Below are positions 50,387 through 60,978 of a DNA stretch of 64,000 bases, piece by piece. Under the pieces are notes generated by a model. It made no database searches, was not told the origin of the DNA, and saw only the letters and a program-made list of their open reading frames with translations. The position numbers were made by a program, and so were the translations under genes. This stretch comes from Gammaproteobacteria bacterium (lineage in GTDB: Bacteria > Pseudomonadota > Gammaproteobacteria > Steroidobacterales > Foliamicaceae): positions 194,403-258,402 of the forward strand of contig OY762064.1 of the NCBI GenBank assembly GCA_963665145.1. Direction: 5' to 3'. Position 1 is the stretch's first letter; every line of letters begins with the position of its first letter.

Positions 50387-53305
50387 GTGAAATATCAACC
50401 TAGTATTGCTGCGCTCGCGCTAGCTGCGACGACGCTGGTCTTTTCATCCGCGACTATCGCGCAGGACGACGAAGCTCTGGAAGAGATCGTTGTTACGGGT
50501 ATCCGCGGATCTTTGGCTGCTGCCGTCGATCAAAAACGAGACTCGGACCAACTGGTCGAGGTCATTATTGCGGAGGATATCGGCAAGCTGCCCGATCAAA
50601 ACCTCGCGGAAGTCCTTGAAAATATTACCGGCATCCAGATTACCCGTAGGGCCGGTGTTGGCACCGGCGTTCAGATCCGCGGCACAAATTCAAACCGGGT
50701 GGAATTCAATGGTGTTTCCACCGCAAATTCGGGTTCCGGCCGTAGTGGAATCAATTTTGAAGATGTCAATCCGGCGATTATTTCAGCGGTCGAAGTGACC
50801 AAGTCACCGGATGCCAGGACCATCGAAGGCTCTGTCGGCGGCACGATTAACCTGAAGACGATACGCCCGCTTGATCTGCCGGCGACATTGGCCGCGCTCA
50901 GGGTTCAGTACGAAGACAGCAGCCTGAGCTCTGAGAGCATGACTCCAAGATTCTCCGGCGCATTTGGTGACTCATGGTCGACCGACGCGGGCGAAATCGG
51001 TTTTGTGATCAGTGGTAGCTATACCGAGCAGGAATCGGTGTCATTTCGTCCTCGTACCGACCGCGACAACCGCGTTTCGCCGGCGGGCGCGGTCGATCCA
51101 TCTGAATTTCTCGGTATCCAGTTCCTGGTTCAGGAGCAGGAAAATTACGACTACGAGACCGTCAATCTCGCCTCAACCTTCGAGTGGGCGCCGAGTGACA
51201 GCCTGAACTTTCATCTCGATGTGATTGTCAATGATCAGGAGCGAAGCCAGGACAGTTACAGGCTTCAGGCATCCGGCGTCAGCACGCTGAGAAACCTCAG
51301 TGTCCCAACAGCTTATGAAACGGTTGATTTCGGTGTCGGTCCCGGCAGGTTCCCGGCAGCGCTTCAGGGCACGCTCGAGCCCGACCTGGCCAACGATGAT
51401 GACGATCCCAACCTGCGTTTCTCAAGCGATACCGGTTCCCGTGTCACCGACAGTCAAGTCATTGCGCTTGGTGGTGATTGGAATGGTGAAAGATGGTCGG
51501 TAAGCGCCGAGTTTGCGACGACAGCGTCGGACACGTCCAACCCCAACCTGAGCACGACGCTGAACTTCATTAACCCGAACTGCCCTCTCGATGCGAGCAG
51601 CAACGATAACTGCGTGCCGTTCATCTATGATTTGTCCGGCGGCACGTTGGCGTGGGGCGTCAATTTCGATTCACCCTTTGCGCCGGCGCCGGCTGATCTG
51701 TTGGACCCGGCCAATGTTGTTCTGGACCAGGTGATTGTTGGTCGCAACACAACTGAAAACGAAGAAGATGCATTCCGCATGGACATCTCCTGGGACATGG
51801 ATTGGAGCGGCCTTACCACGCTAGACTTTGGCTTCCGCATCGGTGAGTCCTCAAGTCGATTCAACCGTGTTCAAGACCGGATTGGTGGTTTCAGCCGGAT
51901 GGTGGACAGCCCGAACGGTGTCTTGTTCTCACAGCTGCTGGTGCCGGGTCCCAGTAACTTTGATAAAGGCGACGGCAGATCGTTGTTCATTCGTGATTTC
52001 CTGCTCGTCGATCCGGATCGCGCCTTTTCCGACCCGGACGGAACGCTGGCGATTCTGCAAGAAGCGGTTATTGCACACGATACGGCCAGCCCGGATATCG
52101 CGAACCTTGTATCCGATCAGAATCAGTTCTATGACGTTGGTGAAGAGACCACCGCTTTGTATGCACAAGCGAACTTCGAGGCCGGTATTTTCCGCGGCAA
52201 CGTAGGCGTGCGCTATGTGGAGACTGAAGTCGATTCAGTAGCGTATGGCTTTGAGGATGAGGCAGGAAACAGATCGCTGGTGTCAACAAAGGGCAAGTAT
52301 GACTTCCTGCTGCCGCGATTGAATGTAGTCGCCGAGGCAACCGAAGACGTGCTTGTTCGTTTTGGCTATGGCTCGGACATCAGGCGTCCAGGTTTCAACA
52401 GGATCAGCACTGCATTTTCGGCTGACAATCAGGAAAACTCTGCTATTGACCAGGGTAACCCCAACCTCAAGCCTGAAGAAGTCGATTCGTTGGATTTCGC
52501 AGTCGAGTGGTACTTTGCCGAGTCTGCGCTGGTCAGCCTCGGTTACTTCACGAAGGATCGCACCGACATCATTGGGCAAGTCTTCGAGGGCGCACTGCTG
52601 GTTAACGATCCAACTTCTACCAGTGGCCTGGCCCGTGAAACAGATCCAAGTTGCCCGGGCGGTGGTATCTGGAACCCGACGGTCATACCGAATGTATTGG
52701 GCGACCCGAATGTCCTGGGATTGTGTGTTGACTACCAGACCTGGACCAATGACCCGACAACGACTACCCAGTCCGGTTTCGAGTTTGCCCTCCAATACGA
52801 CCTTTCCAGTTTCGAAGATCGTCTGGGTTGGGCGTCTGGTTTCGGTGTCATTTTCAACTACACCAACCAGGATTTCAGCGGTGGTTCAATCGTGGATTGC
52901 ACGTCGGGACGTGGTCGGCAGGTTCTCGGTCCGGATATCTGCATTCCTCGAGGACTGCTTGACTTCTCTGAAGATGCGTACAACATCACGCTCTACTACG
53001 AGAAGCACGGTCTGTCCGCAAGAGCGCGTTACACGTGGCGCGAATCGTTCCGCACACAGGACTTCGGTGGCGGCGCCAACACGAGCGGTAGCAGTACATT
53101 CAGCTTCCCGGTCCATTCACTCGACAGAGGTCAGCTGAATGCCAGCGTCAACTACTCGGTCAATGATCATCTCGATATCGGTCTTGAAGTCGTAAACCTT
53201 ACCGAAGAGCGTATTGATCAACATTGTGTCAGTAAGACCGGGCCGCTGTGTTTCGTTGGACTCCCCGACAGACGCATCGTTTTCGGTGGAATCTACCGCT
53301 TCTGA
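50387..53305 (+). CDS. TonB-dependent outer-membrane receptor (polysaccharide/oligosaccharide-type)
   Basis: GTG start with GAGGAA 7 nt upstream. Signal 'IAALALAATTLVFSSATIAQDD'. Plug 'EEIVVTGIRGS...DQNLAEVLENITGIQITR'. Canonical C-terminal 'FGGIYRF'. Confidence 0.9.
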   Translation: MKYQPSIAALALAATTLVFSSATIAQDDEALEEIVVTGIRGSLAAAVDQKRDSDQLVEVIIAEDIGKLPDQNLAEVLENITGIQITRRAGVGTGVQIRGTNSNRVEFNGVSTANSGSGRSGINFEDVNPAIISAVEVTKSPDARTIEGSVGGTINLKTIRPLDLPATLAALRVQYEDSSLSSESMTPRFSGAFGDSWSTDAGEIGFVISGSYTEQESVSFRPRTDRDNRVSPAGAVDPSEFLGIQFLVQEQENYDYETVNLASTFEWAPSDSLNFHLDVIVNDQERSQDSYRLQASGVSTLRNLSVPTAYETVDFGVGPGRFPAALQGTLEPDLANDDDDPNLRFSSDTGSRVTDSQVIALGGDWNGERWSVSAEFATTASDTSNPNLSTTLNFINPNCPLDASSNDNCVPFIYDLSGGTLAWGVNFDSPFAPAPADLLDPANVVLDQVIVGRNTTENEEDAFRMDISWDMDWSGLTTLDFGFRIGESSSRFNRVQDRIGGFSRMVDSPNGVLFSQLLVPGPSNFDKGDGRSLFIRDFLLVDPDRAFSDPDGTLAILQEAVIAHDTASPDIANLVSDQNQFYDVGEETTALYAQANFEAGIFRGNVGVRYVETEVDSVAYGFEDEAGNRSLVSTKGKYDFLLPRLNVVAEATEDVLVRFGYGSDIRRPGFNRISTAFSADNQENSAIDQGNPNLKPEEVDSLDFAVEWYFAESALVSLGYFTKDRTDIIGQVFEGALLVNDPTSTSGLARETDPSCPGGGIWNPTVIPNVLGDPNVLGLCVDYQTWTNDPTTTTQSGFEFALQYDLSSFEDRLGWASGFGVIFNYTNQDFSGGSIVDCTSGRGRQVLGPDICIPRGLLDFSEDAYNITLYYEKHGLSARARYTWRESFRTQDFGGGANTSGSSTFSFPVHSLDRGQLNASVNYSVNDHLDIGLEVVNLTEERIDQHCVSKTGPLCFVGLPDRRIVFGGIYRF

Positions 53306-53370
53306 CGAAAGGACATCGATGACAAGCTCTCACTTCGCAGGCAAGCTCCGGACCATTTCCAGGGTTTGCC

Positions 53371-54231
53371 TTGAGTCCCCCGTTGGGCACTAAGGCGGAT
53401 ATCGACGGGTTATCGCGAGAATGTGACGCGATTTCCAGGCGCCTGGTGGCTGCACGAATGGCTGCCGAAGCATTGCCGGATTTTCCGGGCACCCTTCCGG
53501 ACTCATTGGACGAGGCGTACGCAATTCAGACAGCGTCAATAGCGCGTTGGGCGGATACAGTCGCCGGCTGGAAGATCGGGATGATCCCGGCGGATCATCG
53601 GATACGAGTGGGTGATGAGCGCCTGGCCGGTCCAATATTCAAATCTTCTATTGTCAGGATAGAGCCTGGCGCCACCAGTACCATGCCGATTTACGAAGGT
53701 GGATTCGCGGCGGTAGAGGCGGAGTTTGTTCTGGAGCTTGGCTGCGCCGTCCACCCGTCGGGAACGGAATACTCCAACGGAGATCTGATCGACCTTGTGT
53801 CTGCGCTATTCGTCGGGGTGGAGATTGCCAGCAGTCCCATGGCTGCAATCAACAAACTGGGTCCGACCTGTGTTGTTTCCGACTTCGGCAACAACGCCGG
53901 ATTGCTCCTGGGGCCTGCAGTAGCAGATTGGAATTCCAGAGACCTGGATTCAATGACTGCGAAAGTCATGATCGACGGCGCCGTTGTCGGTAATGCGACG
54001 GCAAACGCCATTCCGGGCGGTCCGTTGGCGGCGTTGCGCTTTCTCTTGGGTTTTGCTGCGGCTCGGAGTATTGAACTTCCTGAAGGGACGTTCATTTCGA
54101 CCGGTGCAGCTACCGGCATTCATGATGTGTCGGTATCTTCTTCGGCGCGTGTTGATTTCGGCTCGTTTGGCTGGTTCGATGTGAAGTTTGAGTCCAAACG
54201 CCAGAGCAGTAGAATTCCGAATCGACGCTGA
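53371..54231 (+). CDS. FAH-superfamily hydratase (2-keto-4-pentenoate hydratase / MhpD-like)
   Basis: 'LDEAYAIQTASIARWADTVAGWKIG' and 'EAEFVLELG' are typical blocks of the MhpD/HpcG hydratase family. The start is uncertain (TTG 53371 or a later codon). Confidence 0.65.
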   Translation: MSPPLGTKADIDGLSRECDAISRRLVAARMAAEALPDFPGTLPDSLDEAYAIQTASIARWADTVAGWKIGMIPADHRIRVGDERLAGPIFKSSIVRIEPGATSTMPIYEGGFAAVEAEFVLELGCAVHPSGTEYSNGDLIDLVSALFVGVEIASSPMAAINKLGPTCVVSDFGNNAGLLLGPAVADWNSRDLDSMTAKVMIDGAVVGNATANAIPGGPLAALRFLLGFAAARSIELPEGTFISTGAATGIHDVSVSSSARVDFGSFGWFDVKFESKRQSSRIPNRR

Positions 54232-54237
54232 TGGGGA

Positions 54238-55341
54238 TTGGAGAAATCCGTGGGAAGAAAAAGCCGCAAAGCAGACACGGATTTCAAAGCTGCCGCCCGC
54301 AGTTGGCTTGACAATAATCTCGACGGCCGAAAGCCGACAATGGGGGATGTAGCCCGGCTTGCCGGCGTCTCCAAAAAAACAGTATCCCGGGTCATTAACG
54401 ATTCACCGCAGGTAAATGATGCGACACGCGCCGGGATCAAGGAGCTCATAAATGACATCGGCTATAAGCCGGACCCACAGGCGCGCGGTTTCGCTTTTCG
54501 GCGTTCGTTTCTTGTTGGCATGATCTCCGACAATCCTACGCCGCAGTACGTGGTCAATGTACAACTGGGTATTCTTGATGGTCTGAAGGGCACCGACTTC
54601 GAACTGGTGGTTCATCCTTGCGATCGCAAGAGCGACACCTTTATTGAGGACGCACGAAAGTTCATCGAAATGCAGAAACTCTACGGCGTTGTCCTGACGC
54701 CGTCCGTATCCGAGGACGAGCGCCTTGCAGAAACGTTGCGCGAAATCGGTTGCGCCTACATTCGCATCGCCTCCGTCGCACTGGATATGGAGCGGCGAAT
54801 GATTGTTACCAACGATCGCGTCGGCGCTCGTGAGGCAGCTCGGCACCTGGCGAAGCTGGGTCACACCCGGATTGCATTAATCGCTGGTCGCAGGAGCTTT
54901 CGCTCCGCGCACGAGCGTCGATCCGGTTTTGAGGACGGCCTGACGGAGTTTGGCATTCGCCTGCCGACGGACTATGTATTGCAGGGCGACTATACGTTTG
55001 AGTCGGGCTTGGCCAGAGGCGCCGAAATACTCGATCTTGACCCGCCGCCGACAGCTGTTTTCGCGGCCAATGATGAAATGGCTGCCGGTGTGTTGCAGGC
55101 CCTGCATGTTGCAGGCCTGAAGGCGCCGGAAGTTCTTTCGGTTGCCGGTTTCGATGACTTTGAGACGGCAACTCGAATATGGCCCCGTCTGACGACGGTC
55201 CATACTCCGGCACGCAAGATTGGCCAGCTCGCGGCTCAACGTCTCCTGGCCTTTGACGATGAAGAAGCACCGCTGGGGCCGAACCAAACCGTTCCCGAAC
55301 TGATTGTCCGGGAGTCGACTCGAGAGCTGGACAGTTCGTAA
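54238..55341 (+). CDS. LacI-family transcriptional regulator
   Basis: HTH '[33 protein letters not shown]', followed by a periplasmic-binding-protein-like sugar domain. The true start may be downstream of 54238 (for example ATG 54340). Confidence 0.88.
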   Translation: MEKSVGRKSRKADTDFKAAARSWLDNNLDGRKPTMGDVARLAGVSKKTVSRVINDSPQVNDATRAGIKELINDIGYKPDPQARGFAFRRSFLVGMISDNPTPQYVVNVQLGILDGLKGTDFELVVHPCDRKSDTFIEDARKFIEMQKLYGVVLTPSVSEDERLAETLREIGCAYIRIASVALDMERRMIVTNDRVGAREAARHLAKLGHTRIALIAGRRSFRSAHERRSGFEDGLTEFGIRLPTDYVLQGDYTFESGLARGAEILDLDPPPTAVFAANDEMAAGVLQALHVAGLKAPEVLSVAGFDDFETATRIWPRLTTVHTPARKIGQLAAQRLLAFDDEEAPLGPNQTVPELIVRESTRELDSS

Positions 55342-55360
55342 ACAACAGGGGAGTCACAGC

Positions 55361-56203
55361 GTGTATTCAAAAACCTACCAGGCGACGCACCCGGACATGA
55401 TGGATGGAGTCAGTAACGAAGCCCTGCGAGATCGTTATCTCGTTACCGACATGTTCGTAGCCGACGAAATTCACCTGAACTATTCGCACAATGAACGCAT
55501 GATTGTTGGCGGCGCCGCACCTGTATCAGACACGGTTGTATTGCCGGATCAGACCGACCCTGTAGCGGGAGTGCCTTTTCTTGACAGGCGTGAATTGGGT
55601 GTGGTCAACGTGGGTGGCGGTAGCGGGAAAATAACGGTCGACGGCAAGACATTCGCGATGAAGCCTCGCGATGGTTTGTACATACCCATGGGATCGAAAG
55701 AGGTCTCTTTCGAGTGTGAAAGCAAGGACAATCCTGCGCGCTACTATCTCGCCTCAACGCCTGCGCACGCGCGATTCGACCTGGTCAGGATTTCTATCGA
55801 CGATGCTGTTCCTCTTGAACTGGGTTCACTCGAGACGTCAAACGAGCGCACGATTTACAAGTACATCGTGCCCGAGACCTGCCGATCAGCACAGTTGCTG
55901 CTGGGGTTGACGATTCTCAATCCGGGCAGTGTCTGGAACACAATGCCGCCACACCTGCACGATCGACGATCCGAAATCTACTTCTACTTCGAACTGGGTG
56001 ACGATGAGAAGGTGTTCCACTTCATGGGTGAGCCCGACTCGATGCGCCATATCGTTGTCAGCGATTCAGAAGCGGTGATTTCTCCACCGTGGTCGATTCA
56101 TATGGGCAGTGGAAACTCCAACTATTCCTTCATTTGGGCGATGGGCGGCGAGAACCTCGACTACACGGACATGAACGTTCTCGATATCTGCCAACTCAAG
56201 TAG
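55361..56203 (+). CDS. kduI: 5-dehydro-4-deoxy-D-glucuronate (4-deoxy-L-threo-5-hexosulose-uronate) ketol-isomerase
   Basis: GTG 55361 with AGGGGAG upstream. Aligns end to end by eye with E. coli KduI: '[30 protein letters not shown]', '[11 protein letters not shown]', '[19 protein letters not shown]', '[10 protein letters not shown]'. Confidence 0.9.
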   Translation: MYSKTYQATHPDMMDGVSNEALRDRYLVTDMFVADEIHLNYSHNERMIVGGAAPVSDTVVLPDQTDPVAGVPFLDRRELGVVNVGGGSGKITVDGKTFAMKPRDGLYIPMGSKEVSFECESKDNPARYYLASTPAHARFDLVRISIDDAVPLELGSLETSNERTIYKYIVPETCRSAQLLLGLTILNPGSVWNTMPPHLHDRRSEIYFYFELGDDEKVFHFMGEPDSMRHIVVSDSEAVISPPWSIHMGSGNSNYSFIWAMGGENLDYTDMNVLDICQLK

Positions 56204-56226
56204 CGGAAAACGACGTTTACGCCTTC

Positions 56227-57369
56227 TTAAAAGGCGGCGTCCAGATCTTCGATTAAGTCTTCAGGGTCTTCCAGGCCGACGGAAAAGCGGACAAGTCCGT
56301 CACGCAATCCAACGCGGCGGCGTTCCTCCGCATCAACGTCCGCATGCGTCATGGTCACCGGATGCGTGATCAGCGATTCCACGGCGCCCAGGTTTTCCGC
56401 CAGCGTCCAGAGCTGAACCCGGTTCATCAGGTTCTTGCCGGCCTCAAGGCCACCCTTCAGCTCGCACCAGAGCATGGCGCCGTAACCGCTTGCCTGGCGG
56501 CCGGCCAGTTCGTGCTGGTCGAACGATTCCAGCCCTGGGTAACAGACCTCCCCCACTGCCGGATGCTGGCTCAGGTATTGTGCGATTGCCAAGGCGCTGG
56601 CCGATTGCTTGTCCATGCGCACGGTAAGTGTCTTTACGCCCTGCAAGGTTAGCCATGCAACCATGGGCGACATTATGCTGCCGGTAGCGTTCTGGACGAA
56701 CCGCAGTTTCTCGTCCAATTCGGAATTCGCTGTAACCAGGGCCCCGCCCACTGTCGCGTTGTGGCCATCCAGGTACTTGGTGGTGCTGTGCAGTGAGACA
56801 TCAGCCCCCAATGCGAGCGGTTGCTGGTAATAGGGCGACAGGAAGGTGTTGTCCACGACATGGACCAGGTGGTTCTCTCGGGCGATTTCAGACAAGGCGG
56901 CGATGTCGCTCAGCACCAGCGTGGGATTGGCAGGCGTCTCGGTCAGTAATAGCCGTGTCCGGGGCGTGACGGCGGCGCGCACTGCATCAGGATCGGCGGT
57001 ATCCACGAACGTGAAACGGACCCCGAATCGCGCAAACACCTGCGTGCAAACACGGTAAGTTCCCCCGTACGCGACCTGCGAGACCAGCGCATGATCACCT
57101 GCGTTCAGGAAGGCATGCAGGCTTGCGCTGATCGCTGCCATGCCGGTCGAGAAACAGGTGCAATCTACACCCCCCTCCAAGCGGGTCAAGCGCTTCTCCA
57201 GCGCTCTCACCGTCGGATTTCCGCTGCGTGAATAGGAGTAACCCTTGGACAGGTACTCGTCCACGGACGGCTGGGCGAAGGTCGTGGACTGATAGATCGG
57301 CGGGAGCACCGATCCGGTCAAGGGGTCCGGTTCCGCTCCCGCGTGAATCTGTTTGGTGGCGAATCGCAT
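56227..57369 (-). CDS. Cys/Met-metabolism PLP enzyme (cystathionine beta-lyase / gamma-synthase family)
   Basis: Start at ATG 57369 (MRFATKQIHAGAEPDPLTGSV). PLP-lysine block 'HSTTKYLDGHN'. 1-nt gap to the upstream ACAD stop. Confidence 0.85.
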   Translation of the reverse strand: MRFATKQIHAGAEPDPLTGSVLPPIYQSTTFAQPSVDEYLSKGYSYSRSGNPTVRALEKRLTRLEGGVDCTCFSTGMAAISASLHAFLNAGDHALVSQVAYGGTYRVCTQVFARFGVRFTFVDTADPDAVRAAVTPRTRLLLTETPANPTLVLSDIAALSEIARENHLVHVVDNTFLSPYYQQPLALGADVSLHSTTKYLDGHNATVGGALVTANSELDEKLRFVQNATGSIMSPMVAWLTLQGVKTLTVRMDKQSASALAIAQYLSQHPAVGEVCYPGLESFDQHELAGRQASGYGAMLWCELKGGLEAGKNLMNRVQLWTLAENLGAVESLITHPVTMTHADVDAEERRRVGLRDGLVRFSVGLEDPEDLIEDLDAAF

Positions 57370-57370
57370 C

Positions 57371-59128
57371 TCAGAATTGCTCCGGCTCAAGCGCCATGGT
57401 ACTGTCGGCGCCGGCACGAATACGACGCGCCCGCGCGCTGACCTGCGGCATGAAATTCTCCGCATAGAAACGCGCGCTTACACGGCGCGCCTGCGTTGCC
57501 GGATCGTCGCCGCCTGCCGCGGCGAGGGCAGCACGGGCGTGTAGCCAGCCGCCGCACAAGTATCCCAGCAACATCATGAGGTTAAAGGCTGCTGCCCCCG
57601 GCAGCTCGTCCTCCTTGCCGATTTCACTGAAGAACCACTTCACCACCGCTCTCGTTTCCTCGAGGCCTTCTTTCAAGGCCGCGGCGACCACCTGATCATC
57701 GGCAGCAAGCACATCCGCCTGACTTGCCGTTTCCTGGATCTCCTGCAGCAATTCGGCCAGCGCCGCGCCCTGGTCGCGGATCATCTTGCGGCCAACCAGG
57801 TCCCCCGCCTGGATACCGGAGGTTCCCTCGTAGATCGTAGTAATGCGCGCATCGCGATAGTGCTGGGCCGCGCCGGTTTCCTCGACGTAACCCATGCCGC
57901 CGTGAATCTGAATGCCCAGCGACGTCAGTTCGATTGCGACCTCGCAGATCCAGCCCTTTACGATCGGCGTCAGCAGGTCCAGTCGGCGCTGATGAAAGGC
58001 GCGGCGGCTCTCATCCGGGTGACGTCGCGCGAAGTCCGTATGCATTGCGGCCATATAGGCCAGCGATCGCATCGCAAAAACCTGCGATTTCATTTCCATC
58101 AGCATCCGCCGCACATCGGGATGCCTCAGGATAGGAACGGTCTCGCGGCTTCCGGGCGACTTGCCCTGCATGCGGGTCCGGGCATACTCCAGTGCCTGCT
58201 GGTATGCGCGTTCGGAAATTGCGACACCCTGCAGCCCCACAGAAACGCGCGCGTCGTTCATCATCGCGAACATATGCGGCAGCCCCTGGTTTTCCTGGCC
58301 GACCAGGTAACCGATGGCGTCTTCGTAGCTCATTACGCAGGTCGGACTGGCATGGAGGCCCAGCTTGTGTTCCACGGACACCGGACGGACGCTATTCAAC
58401 TCTCCTGCGCCTCCGTTCTCGTCCGGAATCCGTTTGGGCACGACGAACAGGGAGAGTCCCCGGGTACCCTGCGGCGCGTCCGGCAGGCGCGCAAGCACCA
58501 GGTGCACGATGTTCCCGGCCATGTCGTGATCGCCGAAGGTAATGAATATCTTCTGTCCATTGATGCGGTAGTGACCGTTCTCCGGCTTTGCCTGGCAGCG
58601 AACCAGGCCGAGGTCGGATCCGGCCTGCGGCTCGGTCAGGTTCATGGTGCCGGTCCACTCGCCACTGACAAGGCGGGGAAGGTACTGCTGTCGCAATTCG
58701 TCGCTGGCGTGCAATTCCAGTGCATGCAGCGCACCCTGGCTCAATAGCGGACAAAGCGACCAGGCCAGGTTCGCGGATTGCCACATTTCCTGGACCGGCA
58801 TCGATATCACCTGCGGCAGGTCCTGGCCTCCGTAGGCCTCCGGCGCCGAGATGCTGCCCCAACCACCCTCGACAAAGGCTTGATACGCCTTGCCGAATTC
58901 CTCGGGTACGTGCACCTGCCCATCCACAACCCCGGCGCCGTTCTGGTCTCCCTGGGAATTGAGCGGCGCAAGCACGTTGCTTGCCAGCTCACCCGCCTCG
59001 TCCATGACGGAGCGGACAAGGTCCGGCGTCACCATGTCGCAGCCAGGTAAATCGGCAATTCCGTCCATCCCGGCGACGGATTCCAGGATAAACAGCATTT
59101 CATCGACAGGGGGTCGATACTCGGACAT
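57371..59128 (-). CDS. acyl-CoA dehydrogenase (long form with C-terminal extension)
   Basis: 585 aa. 'TMNLTEPQAGSDLG', 'GQKIFITFGDHD' and 'GGMGYVEETGAAQHYRDARITTIYEGTSGIQ' are ACAD motifs. Confidence 0.9.
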   Translation of the reverse strand: MSEYRPPVDEMLFILESVAGMDGIADLPGCDMVTPDLVRSVMDEAGELASNVLAPLNSQGDQNGAGVVDGQVHVPEEFGKAYQAFVEGGWGSISAPEAYGGQDLPQVISMPVQEMWQSANLAWSLCPLLSQGALHALELHASDELRQQYLPRLVSGEWTGTMNLTEPQAGSDLGLVRCQAKPENGHYRINGQKIFITFGDHDMAGNIVHLVLARLPDAPQGTRGLSLFVVPKRIPDENGGAGELNSVRPVSVEHKLGLHASPTCVMSYEDAIGYLVGQENQGLPHMFAMMNDARVSVGLQGVAISERAYQQALEYARTRMQGKSPGSRETVPILRHPDVRRMLMEMKSQVFAMRSLAYMAAMHTDFARRHPDESRRAFHQRRLDLLTPIVKGWICEVAIELTSLGIQIHGGMGYVEETGAAQHYRDARITTIYEGTSGIQAGDLVGRKMIRDQGAALAELLQEIQETASQADVLAADDQVVAAALKEGLEETRAVVKWFFSEIGKEDELPGAAAFNLMMLLGYLCGGWLHARAALAAAGGDDPATQARRVSARFYAENFMPQVSARARRIRAGADSTMALEPEQF

Positions 59129-59282
59129 GGGACTTGGGCAACAACTCGCTTACCGGGCGAGTATTGTACCCGGCGGGGAAAAAATGCCGCTAGAGCGAAT
59201 TGACCTGTAATCGGAAATTTTCGCCGTAAGCTAGTGCCGTGTCACGCTCATATTCGATCTTTCAATACATAAAGGGGGAATC

Positions 59283-60113
59283 ATGCGCCTGTTTCCTGTT
59301 CTTCTGGCCACAATCCTTGTTGCGCCGCCGCTTGCTACGGCAAACCAGTCCGATTCACTGGATTCCAGGGCCCCCGCTCCCAAGGAATTGCGGACCTGGG
59401 TGGACGCCCGCGCCGGAACCGGGGAGCCGGTTTACTGGATTGCGGAGGGCGGTGTTTATGACTATCCCTCCGGCAAGAAGCGCTTTGGAATGATCGGCTT
59501 TGACGCCTCTACCGTAATCTGGCCTGAAACTTCCCAAGGCGAGGTCATTCACCTGACCCGAAAGACGTTTGCCTACACGGACCCGGAAAGCGGAGAAATC
59601 CTGACCGAATATCAAGGCAAAGCCGTGGAGCCCATCGCCTATCCCTACCAGCTAATAACCTACCGTATGGAAGGCGGCAGGATTCATGGCGACGTTGAGC
59701 AGGGCGTGAGTCCGGCCATTCAGAAGATTCGCTCGCGCGAAGGCATGCGGGCGCGCTGGCTCGGCACGAGCACCCTGTCCGTTACGGCATCCGTGTTCCT
59801 GGATTTTCCTGTCGGTAATGGGGGGCGCTACGAGGCTTGGGAGAACTACGTTTTTTTTCTTCACGACGACCGTCAGGTGGATGAGCCCCATCAGCTGAGC
59901 TGGCAGCGCTACGGCGCATTGCCCCCCTTTGCCGGCGAAGGACCCGCGATCTATCACCTGATTTCGTGGCGGGTCGAAGAACTGGATGAATTCCCGCCTG
60001 AATTACTCCGGTGGGCCCGGGGGGAAATGCCGATGTGGCTAAAGCCCCCCGCCGACCTGGACGAGGTGCGCGAATTGCAGAAAGGCGTAAAAGGAGAAGC
60101 CTGGCCCGAGTAA
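59283..60113 (+). CDS. exported DUF1838-like protein
   Basis: Sec signal 'MRLFPVLLATILVAPPLATA'. 'EPVYWIAEGGVYDYPSGK...FAYTDPESGEILTEY' matches the family pattern as I recall it (unverified). Confidence 0.6.
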   Translation: MRLFPVLLATILVAPPLATANQSDSLDSRAPAPKELRTWVDARAGTGEPVYWIAEGGVYDYPSGKKRFGMIGFDASTVIWPETSQGEVIHLTRKTFAYTDPESGEILTEYQGKAVEPIAYPYQLITYRMEGGRIHGDVEQGVSPAIQKIRSREGMRARWLGTSTLSVTASVFLDFPVGNGGRYEAWENYVFFLHDDRQVDEPHQLSWQRYGALPPFAGEGPAIYHLISWRVEELDEFPPELLRWARGEMPMWLKPPADLDEVRELQKGVKGEAWPE

Positions 60114-60117
60114 CCGC

Positions 60118-60951
60118 TCAGTCCGGCCGGGCAGTCAGCTTGTCCGGGTATTCCGCCTCCAGGCGTTCTCGATAGCCCGAGGGCAATGAATCAATCGAAT
60201 CGAGCTTGAGGCCGGCTGCGTGCCAGATCATGTGGCCGGGCCGCTCCCCCATGTTCATCCAGCTGCGCCACGGCATGAAAACGGTTGAAGCAAACTGCGT
60301 GCTCAGGCGCTGTACGTTGGGGTCATTGAACTGCTGAAGCGAGCAGTTCATTGTCTGCCTCTGAAGCCGGGGTTGTTGCATGCCGGGCGGGTATTCGGTC
60401 TCCTTCGTCATCCAGATCTGGCCGCCACCAGCGACCATACGATAGGCAGGCGGCCGTTCCGGCATTTGGGAAAGGAACGGTGTGGGGCGAATTCCCTTTA
60501 CCGAGTAATTGAATCCCCTGCCCGCACCGCCGCCCTGTACCGCTGCGGGCACCTCGAGCAGCTTGCCGGAGTAAGGATTGTTCCATTCCCGCAGCCAATC
60601 GCCTGTCTCGGCATTGCGGAGAAAAGAGACGGTGTGCCCGACCAATTCATACTCCCCGCCGTCGAGATGCCGCATCCAGTACATCTCCATGCCCTCGAAG
60701 GCGAACAGGAGGCGCGGCGCCTTGTCCTCTTCCGCGCCGTAGATGATTCCGGTGTACCACCAGGGAACATCCTCTTCGCGCAGACTGGCTTGCAGCCGAA
60801 TCAGCGCCCGCAGTTGGTCGGCGGGGCCGGCAAGTGCCGGCAGCAAGCCAGGGTCATCGCCGGGCAACGAGGAAAGAGGCGCGGCGAAGACAGCCAGCCC
60901 CCCTGCACCGGCAAGTATTTCCCGCCGGCTCAGTTTCTTTTTCATCCTCAC
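60118..60951 (-). CDS. exported (Tat leader) DUF1838-like protein
   Basis: 'MKKKLSRREILAGAGGLAVFAAP' is a twin-arginine leader. 'VPWWYTGIIYGAEED...FLRNAETGDWLREWNNPYSGK' parallels the convergent neighbour. Confidence 0.6.
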   Translation of the reverse strand: MRMKKKLSRREILAGAGGLAVFAAPLSSLPGDDPGLLPALAGPADQLRALIRLQASLREEDVPWWYTGIIYGAEEDKAPRLLFAFEGMEMYWMRHLDGGEYELVGHTVSFLRNAETGDWLREWNNPYSGKLLEVPAAVQGGGAGRGFNYSVKGIRPTPFLSQMPERPPAYRMVAGGGQIWMTKETEYPPGMQQPRLQRQTMNCSLQQFNDPNVQRLSTQFASTVFMPWRSWMNMGERPGHMIWHAAGLKLDSIDSLPSGYRERLEAEYPDKLTARPD

Positions 60952-60978
60952 TCGCTTCCCCGCTTGTATCAGGGATTC

